Shown here: positions 11,410-35,500 of the stretch, piece after piece
Layout of the letters: each line of letters opens with the position of its first letter
How positions within the stretch are numbered: the stretch's first letter is position 1
Source: Zygnema circumcarinatum SAG 698-1b
Taxonomy: Eukaryota > Plantae > Zygnematophyceae
Direction: 5' to 3'
Assembly: GCA_037447605.1 (NCBI GenBank)
Contig: CM074809.1
Coordinates: forward strand, 3,214,689 to 3,278,688
Length of the DNA: 64,000 bases
The notes under the pieces: model-generated
Told to the model about the DNA's origin: nothing
Seen by the model: only the letters and a program-made list of their open reading frames with translations
The model's database searches: none
Translations under genes and position numbers: made by a program

Positions 11410-11930
11410 AGGAGGAGGAGGAGAAGGTGAAGGAGGAGGAGGAGGAGGAGGAGGGAGGAGGAGGGAGGAGGAGGAGGAGGAGGAGGAGGAGGAGGGAGGG
11501 AGGAGGAGGAGAAGGTGAGGGAGGAGGAGGAGGAGGAGGAGGAGGAGAAGGAGGAGGAGAAGGTGAGGGAGGAGGAGGGAGGAGGAGGAGGGAGGGAGGG
11601 AGGAGGAGGAGGAGGAGGAGGAGGAGGAGGAAAGAGGAGAGGAGGAGGAGGAGGAGGAGGAGAGGGAGAATGAGGAGGAGGAGAGGGAGGGAGGGAGGAG
11701 GGAGGAGGGAGGAGGAGAGAAGGAGGGAGGAGAAGGAGTGAGGAGGGAGGAGGAGGAGGAGAGGGAGAACGGAGGAGGGAGGAGGAGAGGAGGAGGAGGA
11801 GGAGGAGGAGGAGAAGGAGAGAGAGATGAGGAGGAGGAGGGAGGACGATGAGGGAGGGAGGGAGGGAGGAGGAGAAGGAGAGGAGGAGGAGGAGAGGAGG
11901 AGGAGGAGAGGGAGGAAGGAGGGAGGGAGG
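11410..11930 (+). repeat. Large imperfect (GGA)n microsatellite next to a 100-N gap
   Basis: About 520 bp of ggaggagga/gggagg repeats. Confidence 0.95.
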
Positions 11931-12131
11931 ACGGGGCAAGGGGCAAGGGAGGCGGGCCTGGGTCAGGATCAGTCCAAAAGCGAGACAGGGGGATCACGTC
12001 GCAGCCAAAGTGATGATGTCCTGGATCACATCTTTCCAATTTTACAACGAAGATGAAGATTAGCTCGGGGGATGGTGAGCAGTCAGTCCAAGTCCGTGTT
12101 TTCGGACAAGACATAACCGAACCGAAACCAT

Positions 12132-23553
<11,422 letters not shown>

Positions 23554-24782
23554 AGCTTCACAATATCAGGAAAATCCCGGCTGAAGCTCTCTCTTATTCT
23601 CTTTTTCTCAGTCTCTCTCTCCCTCCTCTAATCCTGCTCTCCATCTCACTCCCTCCCCTCTCCCTCTTCCCCAAACACCCCTCATCCCTCTCCCTCTCGC
23701 TCAAGCTCTCTCCGTCCCCCCTTGCTCCAACTCTCACTCGCTCCAACCGTTGCAGGAACAAGCTCTATGTGCCAGATGTGTCGTTCAGTTGCAGTTACGG
23801 GCGACGGTCGCCGTTACACGGTAGCGTGAACGAGCTGTTGAACGGTGCATGCAGGTTTGTCATTTTCCCGTCATCGAACCCCCCCCCCCCCCCCCCCCCC
23901 CCGGCGGCTGCTTGCAGAGCCATGTTGTGTTCTTATTATGAAACTTGTTGGGCCTTGTTGCCGTTGTAGGGCTCCATTAGGAGCCTTTCTCTCTTTAATT
24001 CTGTCTATTGTTGATAAAGTTTGAATGGCTCACAAGGTTCTGCATTCTATCTTTGTCCATGTACATTTGATGGCGTCGCCAAAAGTCATGAGACCAATAC
24101 CAATCAACATCCACAATGAGATTCACTGCTGCAATTCCTTCCTAAAAACCCTGAAAAGCCTTCTGTTTCTGTAGGTGTTACTTTGTCCAGAATCACACGA
24201 TGGCCCAGCCATCAGCGCCAGCTCTAGTTTCATACTTCATGACTGGGCCATCGGGGGTGTATGACTAAAATTCCTTCAATATGATCCAAATCGAAGAGTT
24301 TTATTTTGATTTGACTTACCAAGACCTATTGTATGATAAAGTCAAACCAGGCATTACTTTGTCGATTTCGTTAGATTTCATTACTTCCTATCACTACATT
24401 CAAGCAGACCGGCAAACAGGCATAAAGTTGTGCAATGTAACAAGACGACGAAGCCGACGAAGTCGTGTAAGCTCGCCCAAGTCGTTTTCTTCAATCCATT
24501 AGTTTTTACAAGATTTTGTTGAACAACCTAAAGATCAACTGGCTGACCGAGAATCACAGACAAAGGTAATGCCCTCATCTTAGCCCTGTACGTCGGCAAA
24601 CCTCCATAACCCCTACATGAATTAACTAGGTCACAAATCTACCATATGTATACGCCGCCTCGCCTCCATCCTTCACCTAAGAAGAAGAAGCTTCCACAAG
24701 AACCCCTAGCCCATTCCCTTCCACCCTTTGCCTAGGATAAACAGCGTTAACAAGAACATGCACCTCTCATACCACTCCTGCT

Positions 24783-27410
24783 TCACACTTCAACACTCTC
24801 TGCCACATCTCTCTCCAATGCCTGCATTCTCATCTGCTCCTTGATCCTTTCAGCCAAGCCCTTAGTCAAAGTAACTGTTGTTGTGGGCCCAGATTTAGAC
24901 ACATTTCTTCGTCCTGAATAAGCCAACCGAGGGGTCTCCACAGAAGCAAAAGCGCGAAGCGAATGAATGGGCTCCGTCGGATTCCTTCGCGGAGAGACTC
25001 CTCCCCCTCCCCCTCCCNNNNNNNNNNCCCCCTCCCTCCAAACTCTCTCTCTCACTCGACCTCGGACTCTCCGTAATGTCATCACTACAATCATCACGAG
25101 AGAGGCTGCTGACCGAAACTGCCGGCTCATCGAAATTCCAATCAGACCAAGATGCTCTTCTATGCGTAGAATTGGACCCTGTTGACTGCTTCTGTGAGCA
25201 TTCCCCCATTGGAGTTGGTAGAGAGGGTGCTTCCGACGGCGAATCATCGGAGCAAATAACCAAAGGTGGTAGGGCTTCACGAACTGTCCGAACTTGCAAA
25301 GGTTTCGACTTTTGAGAGTTCCAAAAAGCTGCCTCTTTTCGCTTACCATTTTCGGAAAGCAAGTGATCGTAATCAGGCAGGAGATTAGAGCCCAATTTGT
25401 TTAATCCGCTTCCCTTACTTATCGAATTGAACTGATGGAGGGGTCTCTCCGTAGGCTCTAACATGGAAATTCCCTTAGTGGTTAAGGGCCCGCTCCAAGA
25501 CTCGTGCATCCCTAAATGACACTTTATCGAGGGGGGATAGAATAGGGGTCCGCTCGTTTTAAAGTCATAATTAGCAGCTTCCAAGGGGGCTACTCCTGCA
25601 AGGGCAAATCTAGGTCGACTCTTATGACCCCACAGTCGGCCAACTCCATTCACTCCTTCCCGGGGACTCCGCGATCTCTCTCTCCACTCTCTCTCCCAAT
25701 CCTCTCCCTCCTCTCTCTCCCTCCCATTCAGCGGCTGCGATATGTTATGGAACGTCCCGGATCGCCACCACTTTCCTGAAGATTCCGCCGCTCCTTTTGA
25801 AGGGGGAGAGAGCCTCCTCCAATCCTCCAAATCTGGGCTACCATTTCCATGACTCCGTACAATCTTTGAAACAGATCTTAGAAAACGATGGACCCTTCCC
25901 GAGGACTTAGACGCATCCCCTCTCTTCTGCTGCTGCTGCTCTCTCTCCCTCTCTTCTAACGAGTGGTTTCCGCCCCACCACGACCTCAACTTGCTCTCAT
26001 GCTCTCTCTCTCCCCTCTCTCCCTTCCCAAACTCCATCTCTCCCGACCCCGCCCACGCGAGATCGAGAGTTTCGTCTGAAGCTACCGTCGAAGCTGAATC
26101 CCCCGAGGGGCTATGTTCGGGAATTCTATTGTCGAGATATTCCGCCCACAAACTCGCATAGAGAGAGGGAGTTAGAGGCCGCGAGAGAGGGAGTCTCCAG
26201 GACTCCTTCCGGGTGAAGGAGCGAACCGTGAGCTGCCACCTGGCATGCGCTTGAAGCACCACCTGAGTGGCTCCATCGGCTGCGATAGCCTGTCTGTCTG
26301 CTTCATTGAACGGTTCCGTGATTTCTGTACAGTTCAAGACAGTGAACATGTGTCAGCAGTTCCGTTGGGCTCTGTTCCGTAACAGAGCTCTATGTGCATG
26401 TGTTGGGGGGGGGGGGAAAGCACAGTGTTTTGGAGATTGTGGAGGGTTTAAATAGCGCCTGTGTGATGGGGCGGGGGGGAGGAGGAAGGGAGGAAAGAAG
26501 GGGGGAAGAGAGAGAGGGGGTGGGGGGAAAAGGGAGGAGATGGGAGCGGGATGAAAGCATGAAATGGTTTCATCGCACTACTAAACTTAAAAACTTAAAT
26601 GAACTTAAAAAGCTCATGTCGGAACAAAGCTCAGGAAAAAGAAGAAAATAATTGTTTGAGAATTTCAAACTCACCGTCCGAAAAATTCCCGTAGCACTTC
26701 CTGACCCACTTCCGAACCTCCTCCAGCCCCTGCCAGACATCACTCTCTCCCTCCTCTCCCACTCTCTCCCTCCTCTCTCTTCCCTCTCCTCCCTCTCCAC
26801 CCTCTTCCTCTCCTCCTCCCACCCTCGCCCTTTCCTCCTCTCCCTCCCATCCCTCTCTCTCCCTTTCTCCCGCAGGCACAGCTACCACCGTCCACGACAG
26901 CAGTGAGTTCCTGCTAGTCACAGCCAAGGCGCCCACTAAGCGCACAACGCTAACCTCTCCCATGGAACGCCTCTCCTCCCCTAGAAGCACCCCCGGGAGA
27001 GGCCTCCCTCCCCCGCCCTCTCCCACCCAAGTCCGCGGAAAAAAGCCGAAGTTTCCCGCCATACAGGGTTCAGGGAAATAAGAAGGTTCGCCGCCATGGC
27101 TGCCGCCCAGGGACTTCAGAGGGCGCAGGGGAGTGAAGGGCTCGTTCCCGGCAACTTCGTGCTCTGCGGTGTCGCCACGTGGCGTCAGGCAGACGAAGTG
27201 AAATAGGTTTTCTGGAGGTTCATGCAGTCCCCGGTAGTCCCGGGGCGCCGCGTGGCGCAAAGGGAGGTCGTGTAAGGGGGAAATTTCTTCAGAGGCGGCC
27301 TCGTCCAATAGGAGGACGCGGAAGGAGAGAGTCCCCTTCTTTCCAAATCCCACTTGCCGCCATCTCCGCGGGTTCGGGGAGGTGGGGGACTCAGGCAGGG
27401 GCGGCGCCAT
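24783..27410 (-). CDS. Pseudo-pyrophosphatase 2 (paralogue of 2346-6132); exons 27410-26675 and 26324-24783 (10-N gap at 25018-25027 shifts the apparent frame)
   Basis: SPLHDLPL, FHFVCLTP, EPFTPL, GNFGFFPRTW and GEVSVVRLVGAL. Phase-1 intron (G|GTGAG...TACAG|) at the same position as paralogue 1. Exon 2 reads DRQAIAADGATQVVLQAHARW and ends with VTLTKGLAERIKEQ. Confidence 0.82.
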
Positions 27411-27488
27411 GGCTGAGAGCTCGGAGAGAGAGAGGGAGAGAGCGCGGAGGGGGAAGGGGAGGGGAGAGAGGAAGGGAAGGCGAGAGGC

Positions 27489-27519
27489 TTGTACGGAAAT
27501 TCGTACATCAGTTGTACGG
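27489..27519. promoter_or_regulatory. Three CGTAC(A) SBP-type motifs ~80-110 bp upstream of the pseudo-PPase 2 ATG
   Basis: ttgtacgg (27489), ttcgtaca (27500), ttgtacgg (27512). Further sites at 28296, 28332 and 28344. Confidence 0.55.
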
Positions 27520-29053
27520 CATATACGGATGGCTGCTCTAACGGCCGGCGCGGTCGGCAGAGTCTTGCGGGCTTCATTGAAGGCGGCCGAGGGGACATTT
27601 ATTTTCCGGGCAGGTCTGTCTGCCCGGGGATGACATTCTGTGCTGCCCGGAAACACGTGTTTGGCGGACTGGCTTTGTTCTCGGGCAGATAGGTGGGCGG
27701 CTGTGGCATTTTAATTGTTCTTTTTCTTTTTAGGATTGGTTTTGGTAATACTATGGTTTGTTTTAAAAGATATTCGGGCTGCCCGGAAAGGAAAAGTGGC
27801 GCCGGATCATGCGAAGGGGCGTTTCGCCGTTTTGGGGCGATCCGTTCTATGGGCTGCGAGCCAGGCTGGCACCGTTTTGAAATAATTTCGCCTAGTGTCC
27901 GCCAGATTGGAAAAAAAAAATTCGGCTGCGAGCTGACGGCACGATATTTTTTTTTTTTTTCTGACAGAGAGCCGTTATTGACCCGCCCGGAACTCCCTTG
28001 AAAAAGATTTACGGCGGAGGAAGCGGGACAGCCGGTCAGGAAAAATACAAGAGTAATTAATTCGATCCTGGGCCGAGAATTCCGGGCAGCGGAAGCAGAT
28101 TTTCTCCTGATACGTCCCGTGGAATCAGGGCCTTCCTATTGGTTAGTCAACGCCGGGTCACCTCGTTGAAAAAAAAATTGGCATCTTTTCCGCCAATCAG
28201 AACGTGGATTTCCTGCGTGGAATTCAGTAAAAAAATTGGACCAATCGCGGGGACGTCCCACGTGCGCGCGATGATTGTCCGGAGATCCGGCTACGCTGTA
28301 CGGATGTAACATCGGTCGGCGGAAACCGTCGTTCGTACAACTCTCGTACCACCTTTTCTGGCGTTTTGTGAGTCCCTGGGCGGCAGGACCCCGCAAACTC
28401 GGGTCCGACACACAGATGGTCGGTGGTCGGCGCCGCAAATCACGGCGGCCATCCCGAGAGGATCTGAAAGGGTACCATGCAAGTCGTCGTTTTAACACGT
28501 GTCGAATGCTCGTGCAAGTGTCGGCGGGTACCGACAGGTGGTCTGCATGTGAGGCCAAAGCGCTCATTATGGCACTCCAGAAAGACGTAGTGTATGACGC
28601 CGATATCCGTCATTCTCTGTCCGCGCCTGATCTCCTATTGGTTCAAATTCCATACGTGGCGAGCCGAGGAGCGGCGTGGCGGTAACGGACAAAATAGCGT
28701 GGCGCGTGAATCGGGAGGGCGGCGGTGTTGTCGCGTATCGGCGCTCGGGCAAGTGCGCAACCGAAGGGCCCCGGGCGGGCGCCGACACGCGGCGCCCGGG
28801 GGAGGGGGGCGCAGTTGGGCAACGGTCCGAGGCGCTGTCGGCGTTCCGAGCTTTGTGAACGTTCCTAGGACAGTTGTTGGATGCTTCCGCATGTTGGCTG
28901 CAACATGCATGTGGTGCGCATGCATCCACCCATGCATGCATGCATGCGCCATGCTGAGGAGGTCCACATCCATGCCCTCGTTCCGTGCCCTTCCAGTTTC
29001 CACACGTCGCAGTTGAGAGGACACGGTAGAACGGGGAACCCAACTGGCGTACT

Positions 29054-29145
29054 GCAATTTTGACATTTTTGCATTTTTGCATTTTTGCATTTTTGCATTT
29101 TTGCATTTTTGCATTTTTGCATTTTTGCATTTTTGCATTTTTGCA
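29054..29145 (+). repeat. Octamer tandem repeat (GCATTTTT)x9 plus degenerate flanking units
   Basis: Nine perfect units at 29071-29142. Confidence 0.95.
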
Positions 29146-30099
29146 GCGTGCGACTCCATCCATGCGACGCGCATGCTAAGTCGCACATTCGATGAGTTGC
29201 ATTAGTGAGGCGCCCCACTCCTGCTTCATGGTGCGACGTGCTCCTCGTAATGCGACGTTCATGCGACGAATGACCCTCATATACGTCGCACTATGGGGAG
29301 CATGTTGCATTCTGCCGGGAATATGATGAATTTCTATTTCTTTTGAGAAACAGTACATCCATGGCACGTTTCTCCCTCACAACACAGTCTTGGTCTGGAC
29401 TAAATCCTAACATTGCCGCCACAAATCGGGGCCCAGAAACCCACCGAACTCCAAAACCAGAAACCGGCCGTACGACGCGGCTCTGACGAATCCACGATCT
29501 CCGTCCGTACGTCCAGTCAGCACCCCGCGACAGCTGAGTGGCTGACCGCCCAAACCTCCCGGGACACGTGGCATAGTAGTGTGCGTCGGTCCGGTGAGGT
29601 CGAATGGGTGCTCGCCACGTGGTGTTGCTCCACGACCATTGGCTGGCCGCGGCGGCCCCTGGGCGCACCGACCAGGGGCTCCCCTCCACCGACATGTCGG
29701 CTCTCGCTCCCTCTCCCTCCCTCTCTCTCCCTCTCGCTCCCTGTCCCGCCCTCCCCCTCACTCTCCCTCTCCCTCCCTTTGCCCCCCTCCCTCGTTCTCT
29801 CTTTCTCCCTCCCTCTCCCATCACTGCTAGACAGCTGCATTGAGCTAGCTCCGCAGGAAGTAGGACTGACGCATATCAGGAAGCCCTAGTAAGAGGAGAG
29901 GACGAGAAAGGGAGAGGGTTAGATCAACTAAAAGAGAGAGAGAGAGAGAGGGAAGCGAGGGAGAGGAGTAGGAGTGGGAGAAGATTGCCGGAGGATAGGA
30001 GGACAGTTAAAGTGGTGGGAGCACTGTGATATTCCGAATTCGGAAAGGACGCGGAAGAGGGGGCGGGAGTAGGAGGAGGGAGTGGGCGGCGCGGAAGCC

Positions 30100-31164
30100 A
30101 TGGCGGAGGGAGGGAGTGGGAGCGAGGACGAGTTTGTCAGCTTGGTTCGTCGCACTCTCCTCGTTTAGTCACATGAGCGAACCCCTCTCCCCTCCTTGAG
30201 TCTCTGCTCTCTTCACCTTCCGCCCGCTACTTCGCATTTTCCCATCCAAATTCTCCATTTCCTCTGCATCACTCTCATATTTAACCCTTATACCTTCCTC
30301 CTTCCCTCCCTCCCTCCCTCCCTCCCTCCCTCCCTCCCTCCCTCCCTCCCTCCCTCATCCCTTTTTCTCCTTTTGAATCATACCTGATGCTCTACGGCTT
30401 CTCCCTCTCCCTCTCCCTCTCCTTCGCCTCCTTCCTTCCTTTCCTTTATCTCAGTTCTTCTGCAAGGTCCCTCCCTTCCAATCGTGCTCTCTACCTCATC
30501 TCTGCGCCCCCCTCCCTCCCCCTCTCTCTCCCTCTCCCTCTGCCCCCTACTCACACCGCACCCCAAAGGTGTTCTATGGATCAAACTTCGCGCTTTTCAG
30601 CACAAATTTTCAGACCACCAATTTTTTTCCAGAACAAACCTTTTCTTATTTTTTTTTATTTTTCTTGTTTCCGAGTTTTTTTTTGATCGCGCAAACTTCT
30701 GAACTCTGAGAGAGATAAATTCTCATTTCTCCTTGAGCCGTGAGCTGAGAGAAAGTAATGGGGAATCTTATCCTTCTATTTAAAAAAATAAAAATAACAA
30801 AACAAAAATCTCTACTCCCCAAAAAAAAACCCATCTCTATCCTCCGCTGAATCTTTGCTGGAACTAAAGCGATATTTCAAATCGATGATTCAAAGTTTCC
30901 GACAAATAAAGGGAAACCACGAGGCGCGGTGTTCCGTACCCGCCTGAAACATGGCTTTGAGGCAGATTGCTGTTAATTAGCCTCTAATTTTTTACCCGCC
31001 CGCCCGGCCGCCCGGCCGCCGGCATGCATGCACATGCAGAACGAGGCCCCTCTGGAGGCCGTGTTCGCGCAACTCCGCTCGAGCCGGCGCGGGCTCGCGG
31101 AAGAGGACGCGGCGCAGCGCATCGAGCTCTACGGCTACAACCGGCTCGAGGAGAAGAAGGCGAG

Positions 31165-31197
<33 letters not shown>

Positions 31198-31198
31198 C

Positions 31199-31237
<39 letters not shown>

Positions 31238-32477
31238 GACCGACCTCTCTCGTTCTCTCTCTCTCGACCTCTCTCGACCTCTCGACCTCTATCGGCCTTA
31301 CTCTCTCTCTCTCCCCTGTTCTCTCTCTGTCCCTTTCGTCCTCTCCCTCTTCCTTTCTCGCACTCCCTCGCAATTTCCTCTCTTTTCCCCCCTCCCTCTC
31401 TCACTATGTTATCTTTCGCTTTCTCCCTCTCTCTCACTGCACTCTTTCCGTCCTCCCCCCTTCTTTTTCAAGCTCTCTCTTTCTCTCTCTCTCGCCTGCC
31501 TCCCTCTTGCCCCTCCCTCTTTCCTCATCCTTTCGCTCTCTCTTTCTCTACCTCTCTCTTTTTGCAATGTCTTTCTCTCTGTTTCCCCACTACGTCCTCC
31601 ACCCCCCCCCCCCTCCCCTCAACTCCCCATTTCTCTGTGCTGAGATGTTGGTTCTGGGTGGGAAATCGACGAAGCAGGAGAGCAAGATTCTCAAGTTTTT
31701 GGGCTTCATGTGGAACCCGCTCTCATGGGTGATGGAGGCGGCGGCTGTCATGTCGCTCGTCCTGGTAAACTTCATCTCAAAGTTTACGTTTTCGTTATTG
31801 AACCTCAACTTCAATCTTAATCTTGAACGTTTCGGGTCATTTTAACCCAACTATAAACCTTAATCCTAAACCTGCAACAATGAGGATATTCCCTTGAAGC
31901 GTTTTTTTTACCTCTGAGTACGTTGAACTTGGGAGTGACTCTCATATGTAACTTTGTCAAAATGGGTGGCAGGCGGAGCCTCCTGATTATGCCGACTTTT
32001 TGGGAATATCTTTCCTTCTTATCGCCAATGCCACCATTTCCTTTATCGAGGAGAATGCGGCGGGAAATGCGGCAGCGGCTCTCATGGAACGGTTGGCGCC
32101 AACTGCGAGGGTGCGCTACAGACTCACATGGAACCCGTTTGAGGGAATGTCTGTCACTTAACAAAGGAAATAGAAGAGAGGAAGAATTAGTGAGGAAAGG
32201 CTCGGTTCGATTCATAGCTAACTACATAGAATCGCCTAAAGTATGTGGGGGAAAAAGAAGAGAGGTTGAAGCTGCTGTTTACCACGTATAAAAAAGCAAT
32301 GTATTGGATCGAGTGTTGTTGACAAGTGGGGGGGCTCTTGCAGGTGTTGAGAGACGGAAAATACAAAGAAAGAGATGCCGCTGTTCTTGTTCCGGGCGAC
32401 ATCATCACTATCAAGTTGGGAGACATCATTCCGGCAGACGCGCGCCTGCTTGAAGGAGACCCATTGAAAATTGATCA

Positions 32478-32538
<61 letters not shown>

Positions 32539-35500
32539 AAGCAAAAATAAAGAACTTGTTCCTTGTTGAATAGTGTGGAGGGTAGGCTGACACGTGGCAG
32601 TGGTGGCATGGCGGCGGGAGCAGTCGGCCCTTACTGGCGAGTCGATGCTCTCGACGAAGTACCCCGGGGACGAAGTGTACTCGGGATCGGTCTGCAAGCA
32701 GGGGGAGCTTGAAGCCCTCGTTATTGCAACTGGGATCAAAACATTCTTTGGAAGAGCAGCAAACCTCGTAGAGACAACGGAAGATATCGGCCACTTCCAA
32801 CAAGTAGGTTGCAATGTCCCACAATGTCAAAGGCGCAGCCATCTTACCTCTATCTTCTCTCTCCTTCAACATTTGACAACATGTCGATGAGGGTGTCCGT
32901 TATGCCCATCTTCACATGTGTAATGCGCATGATTGCTGTGTTTTTTTTACTGTCCAATCTCTGTCTATACAATGCTTGCTTCCTATATTACCGTATTGAA
33001 GTTCGCGCTTTGTTTTGGATGCAGGTGTTGACATCCATCGGGGCCTTCTGCATTTGCTCAATTGCGGTGGGACTGGTGATAGAAACAAGCCTGATGTTCA
33101 CAGTGCTTAACCGCTCCTACCAGGCGGGCATCAACAACCTCCTCGTGCTCCTCATTGGCGGCATCCCCATCGCCATGCCGACCGTGCTCTCTGTCACCAT
33201 GGCCATCGGGTCGAATGCGTTGGCCACCCAGGTAGGTCGGTGCGGGGGTGTGACAGTTTTGCGGGCTGGGCTGGTAGATAGGAATATTGTTTATTACGAG
33301 TATGATGATCATACATACATACATACATACATACATGATACATACATGATGATCATAGTCGCTACATGTTGAAGGAAGGGTTGAAGTACGGTCGGAGATT
33401 CACCCATAGTGTTAATTTCGATTGGTCGAAACAGGTCAGAGAATGAACGGTGTTGTTCGTTGCGTCTTGCAGGGCGCCATTGTGAAGCGGATTACTGCTA
33501 TTGAGGAGCTTGCCGGGATGGACATTCTTTGTAGTGACAAGACGGGCACGCTAACTCTCAACAAGCTCACAGTCGACAAGAACTTGGTCGAGGTGCGAGG
33601 CTCCAACATTGGTCCTAACTCACATGAAACATTATTTCCAATGCAATCCCCAAAACTTGCAGGAGGATGCAATTCCGACTCGTTCTTGAATGCTTATGCC
33701 CCTCCTTGCCCACTTTCTCTTTCAAACAATTCTTATCGATGGAGTGGTCACAGGTGATCGCACGAGGCATGGACGCCGACGAAGTGATCCTCCTCGCGGC
33801 CCGCGCTTCGAGAGTGGACAACCCTGACGCTATTGACGCCTGCATTGTGGGAATGCTTGACGACCCCGAACAGGTATGCATGCAACCACTCGCTGCGAGT
33901 CGCTCTGAAAACGAGAAAGACAAGTAGGAGTCTTAATCAAAAGGGTAAGGTAAGAAGTCACGCCTTTCACTCTTTCTCATTCGTTTTTTTCTTATTCTAA
34001 CCCCTCTTCCACCTTCTATGCATTCTGTGTGCCGTTTTATGAACCGAGGACAGGCACGTGCTGGCATAAAGGAGGTCCATTTCTTCCCCTTCAATCCGGT
34101 GGATAAGCGAACAGCAATCACTTACACAACCGAAGACGGAAAAATGTACCGCGCCAGTAAGGGGGCCCCTGAGCAAGTAAGGAATCTTCCTTTCATGAGG
34201 CCCTCACTTTTTGAAACTTAATTATAGAGCAGAACAAAACGACCCAAATGCTGAGTAGACGTCGACAAGTTAACCTTTTCTTAATTTAAATAATAAAAAG
34301 TACTCACAAGTATGTCAGTTTTGTTCTGCGAATGAATGCAGATATTAGCTTTGGCTGCAAACCGCGAGCACTTGGAAAGCCGAGTGAGGGAGACAATTCG
34401 GAATTACGCCGACCACGGCTTGCGCTCACTCGGGGTTTGTCTGCAGGTTCGCTCTCCTTCCCTCTTCTTACCATATAGCCATTCCATTTCAAATATTGGC
34501 CAACCACAAGGTTGCAAGCCAAGCCTCGACTAATTTATTTGTTGGGTTCAATTGTTTCATACAGTTCTCGTTTGCTGTGGGTTTTTGTGTGTGTGTGCCA
34601 TAGAGAAAGCGAGAGGGGGAGAGAGAGAATGTTAGAGGGGGGGGAGGGAGAGACCTTGTCAGTAACCTTGTTATGATGAGTGCAGGAGGTGCCGGACGGC
34701 AACAAGGACAGTCCCGGCGGGCCGTGGGAGATGGCGGGCCTCCTCCCTCTCTACGACCCTCCGCGGCACGACAGCGCGGAGACCATCCGGCAGGCCTTGG
34801 AGCTCGGGGTCAAAGTCAAAATGATCACAGGTGGGAAGGCCACAGCCCCTGCAGCGGGCCGAGGCAGGGAGAGGGAGAGAGAGAAAGAGAGGGAGAGGGA
34901 CGAGGGAGAGGGAGAGGGCGAGGGCGAGGGAGAGGGAGAGGAAGAGGGAGAGGGACAGGGAGAGGGAGAGGGAGAAAGCTGCCTGCCTTAAAATTTCATT
35001 TAAAACTACTGCCACTTTTATTAGATTTATTTTTCTGTTGTTTTTTGACGTCTTTTGTGTTTTCTCATCGCATTTTTTTGGACGCGTAAATAGGGGACCA
35101 GCTTGCCATCGCGATAGAAACTGGAAGAAGACTGGGAATGGGGTCCGAAATGTATCCTTCAACCAACCTCTTCAGTGGCAAGCAGAAAGATCCGGATCGA
35201 ACACTTGCGGAAATTATAGAAGATGCCGACGGATTTGCAGGAGTGTTTCCTGGTGAGCATAGAAATTGAAAAACGTATGCTTTCTGCGTTATCAATTAAT
35301 CCATCAATCAGCCAAAACCCGGACTACTAACTCAAATTCATCGTTCTCTCTCTCCCCCTATCTCTCTCTCTCTAGTTCTCTCTCTCCCTATCTCTCTCTC
35401 CCTCTCTCTCCCCTCCTCTCTCCCTCCTCTCTCCCTCTCTCTCCCTCTCTCTCTCCCTGTCTCTTCCTCCCTCTCTCCTCCCTCTCTCCCTTTCTCCCTC

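Noticed and set aside
24895-25017. C-terminus ...GLFRTKKCV* of ORF 24895-26349
   Set aside because: The frame after the arbitrary-length N gap is unreliable. The alternative frame gives the motif conserved with paralogue 1.
29054-29145. CRISPR-like or telomeric array
   Set aside because: No spacers and not a known telomere unit; eukaryotic context.
28567-29186. ORFs with repeated KCKNAKMQ
   Set aside because: Translation of the (GCATTTTT)n array, with no other coding signal.
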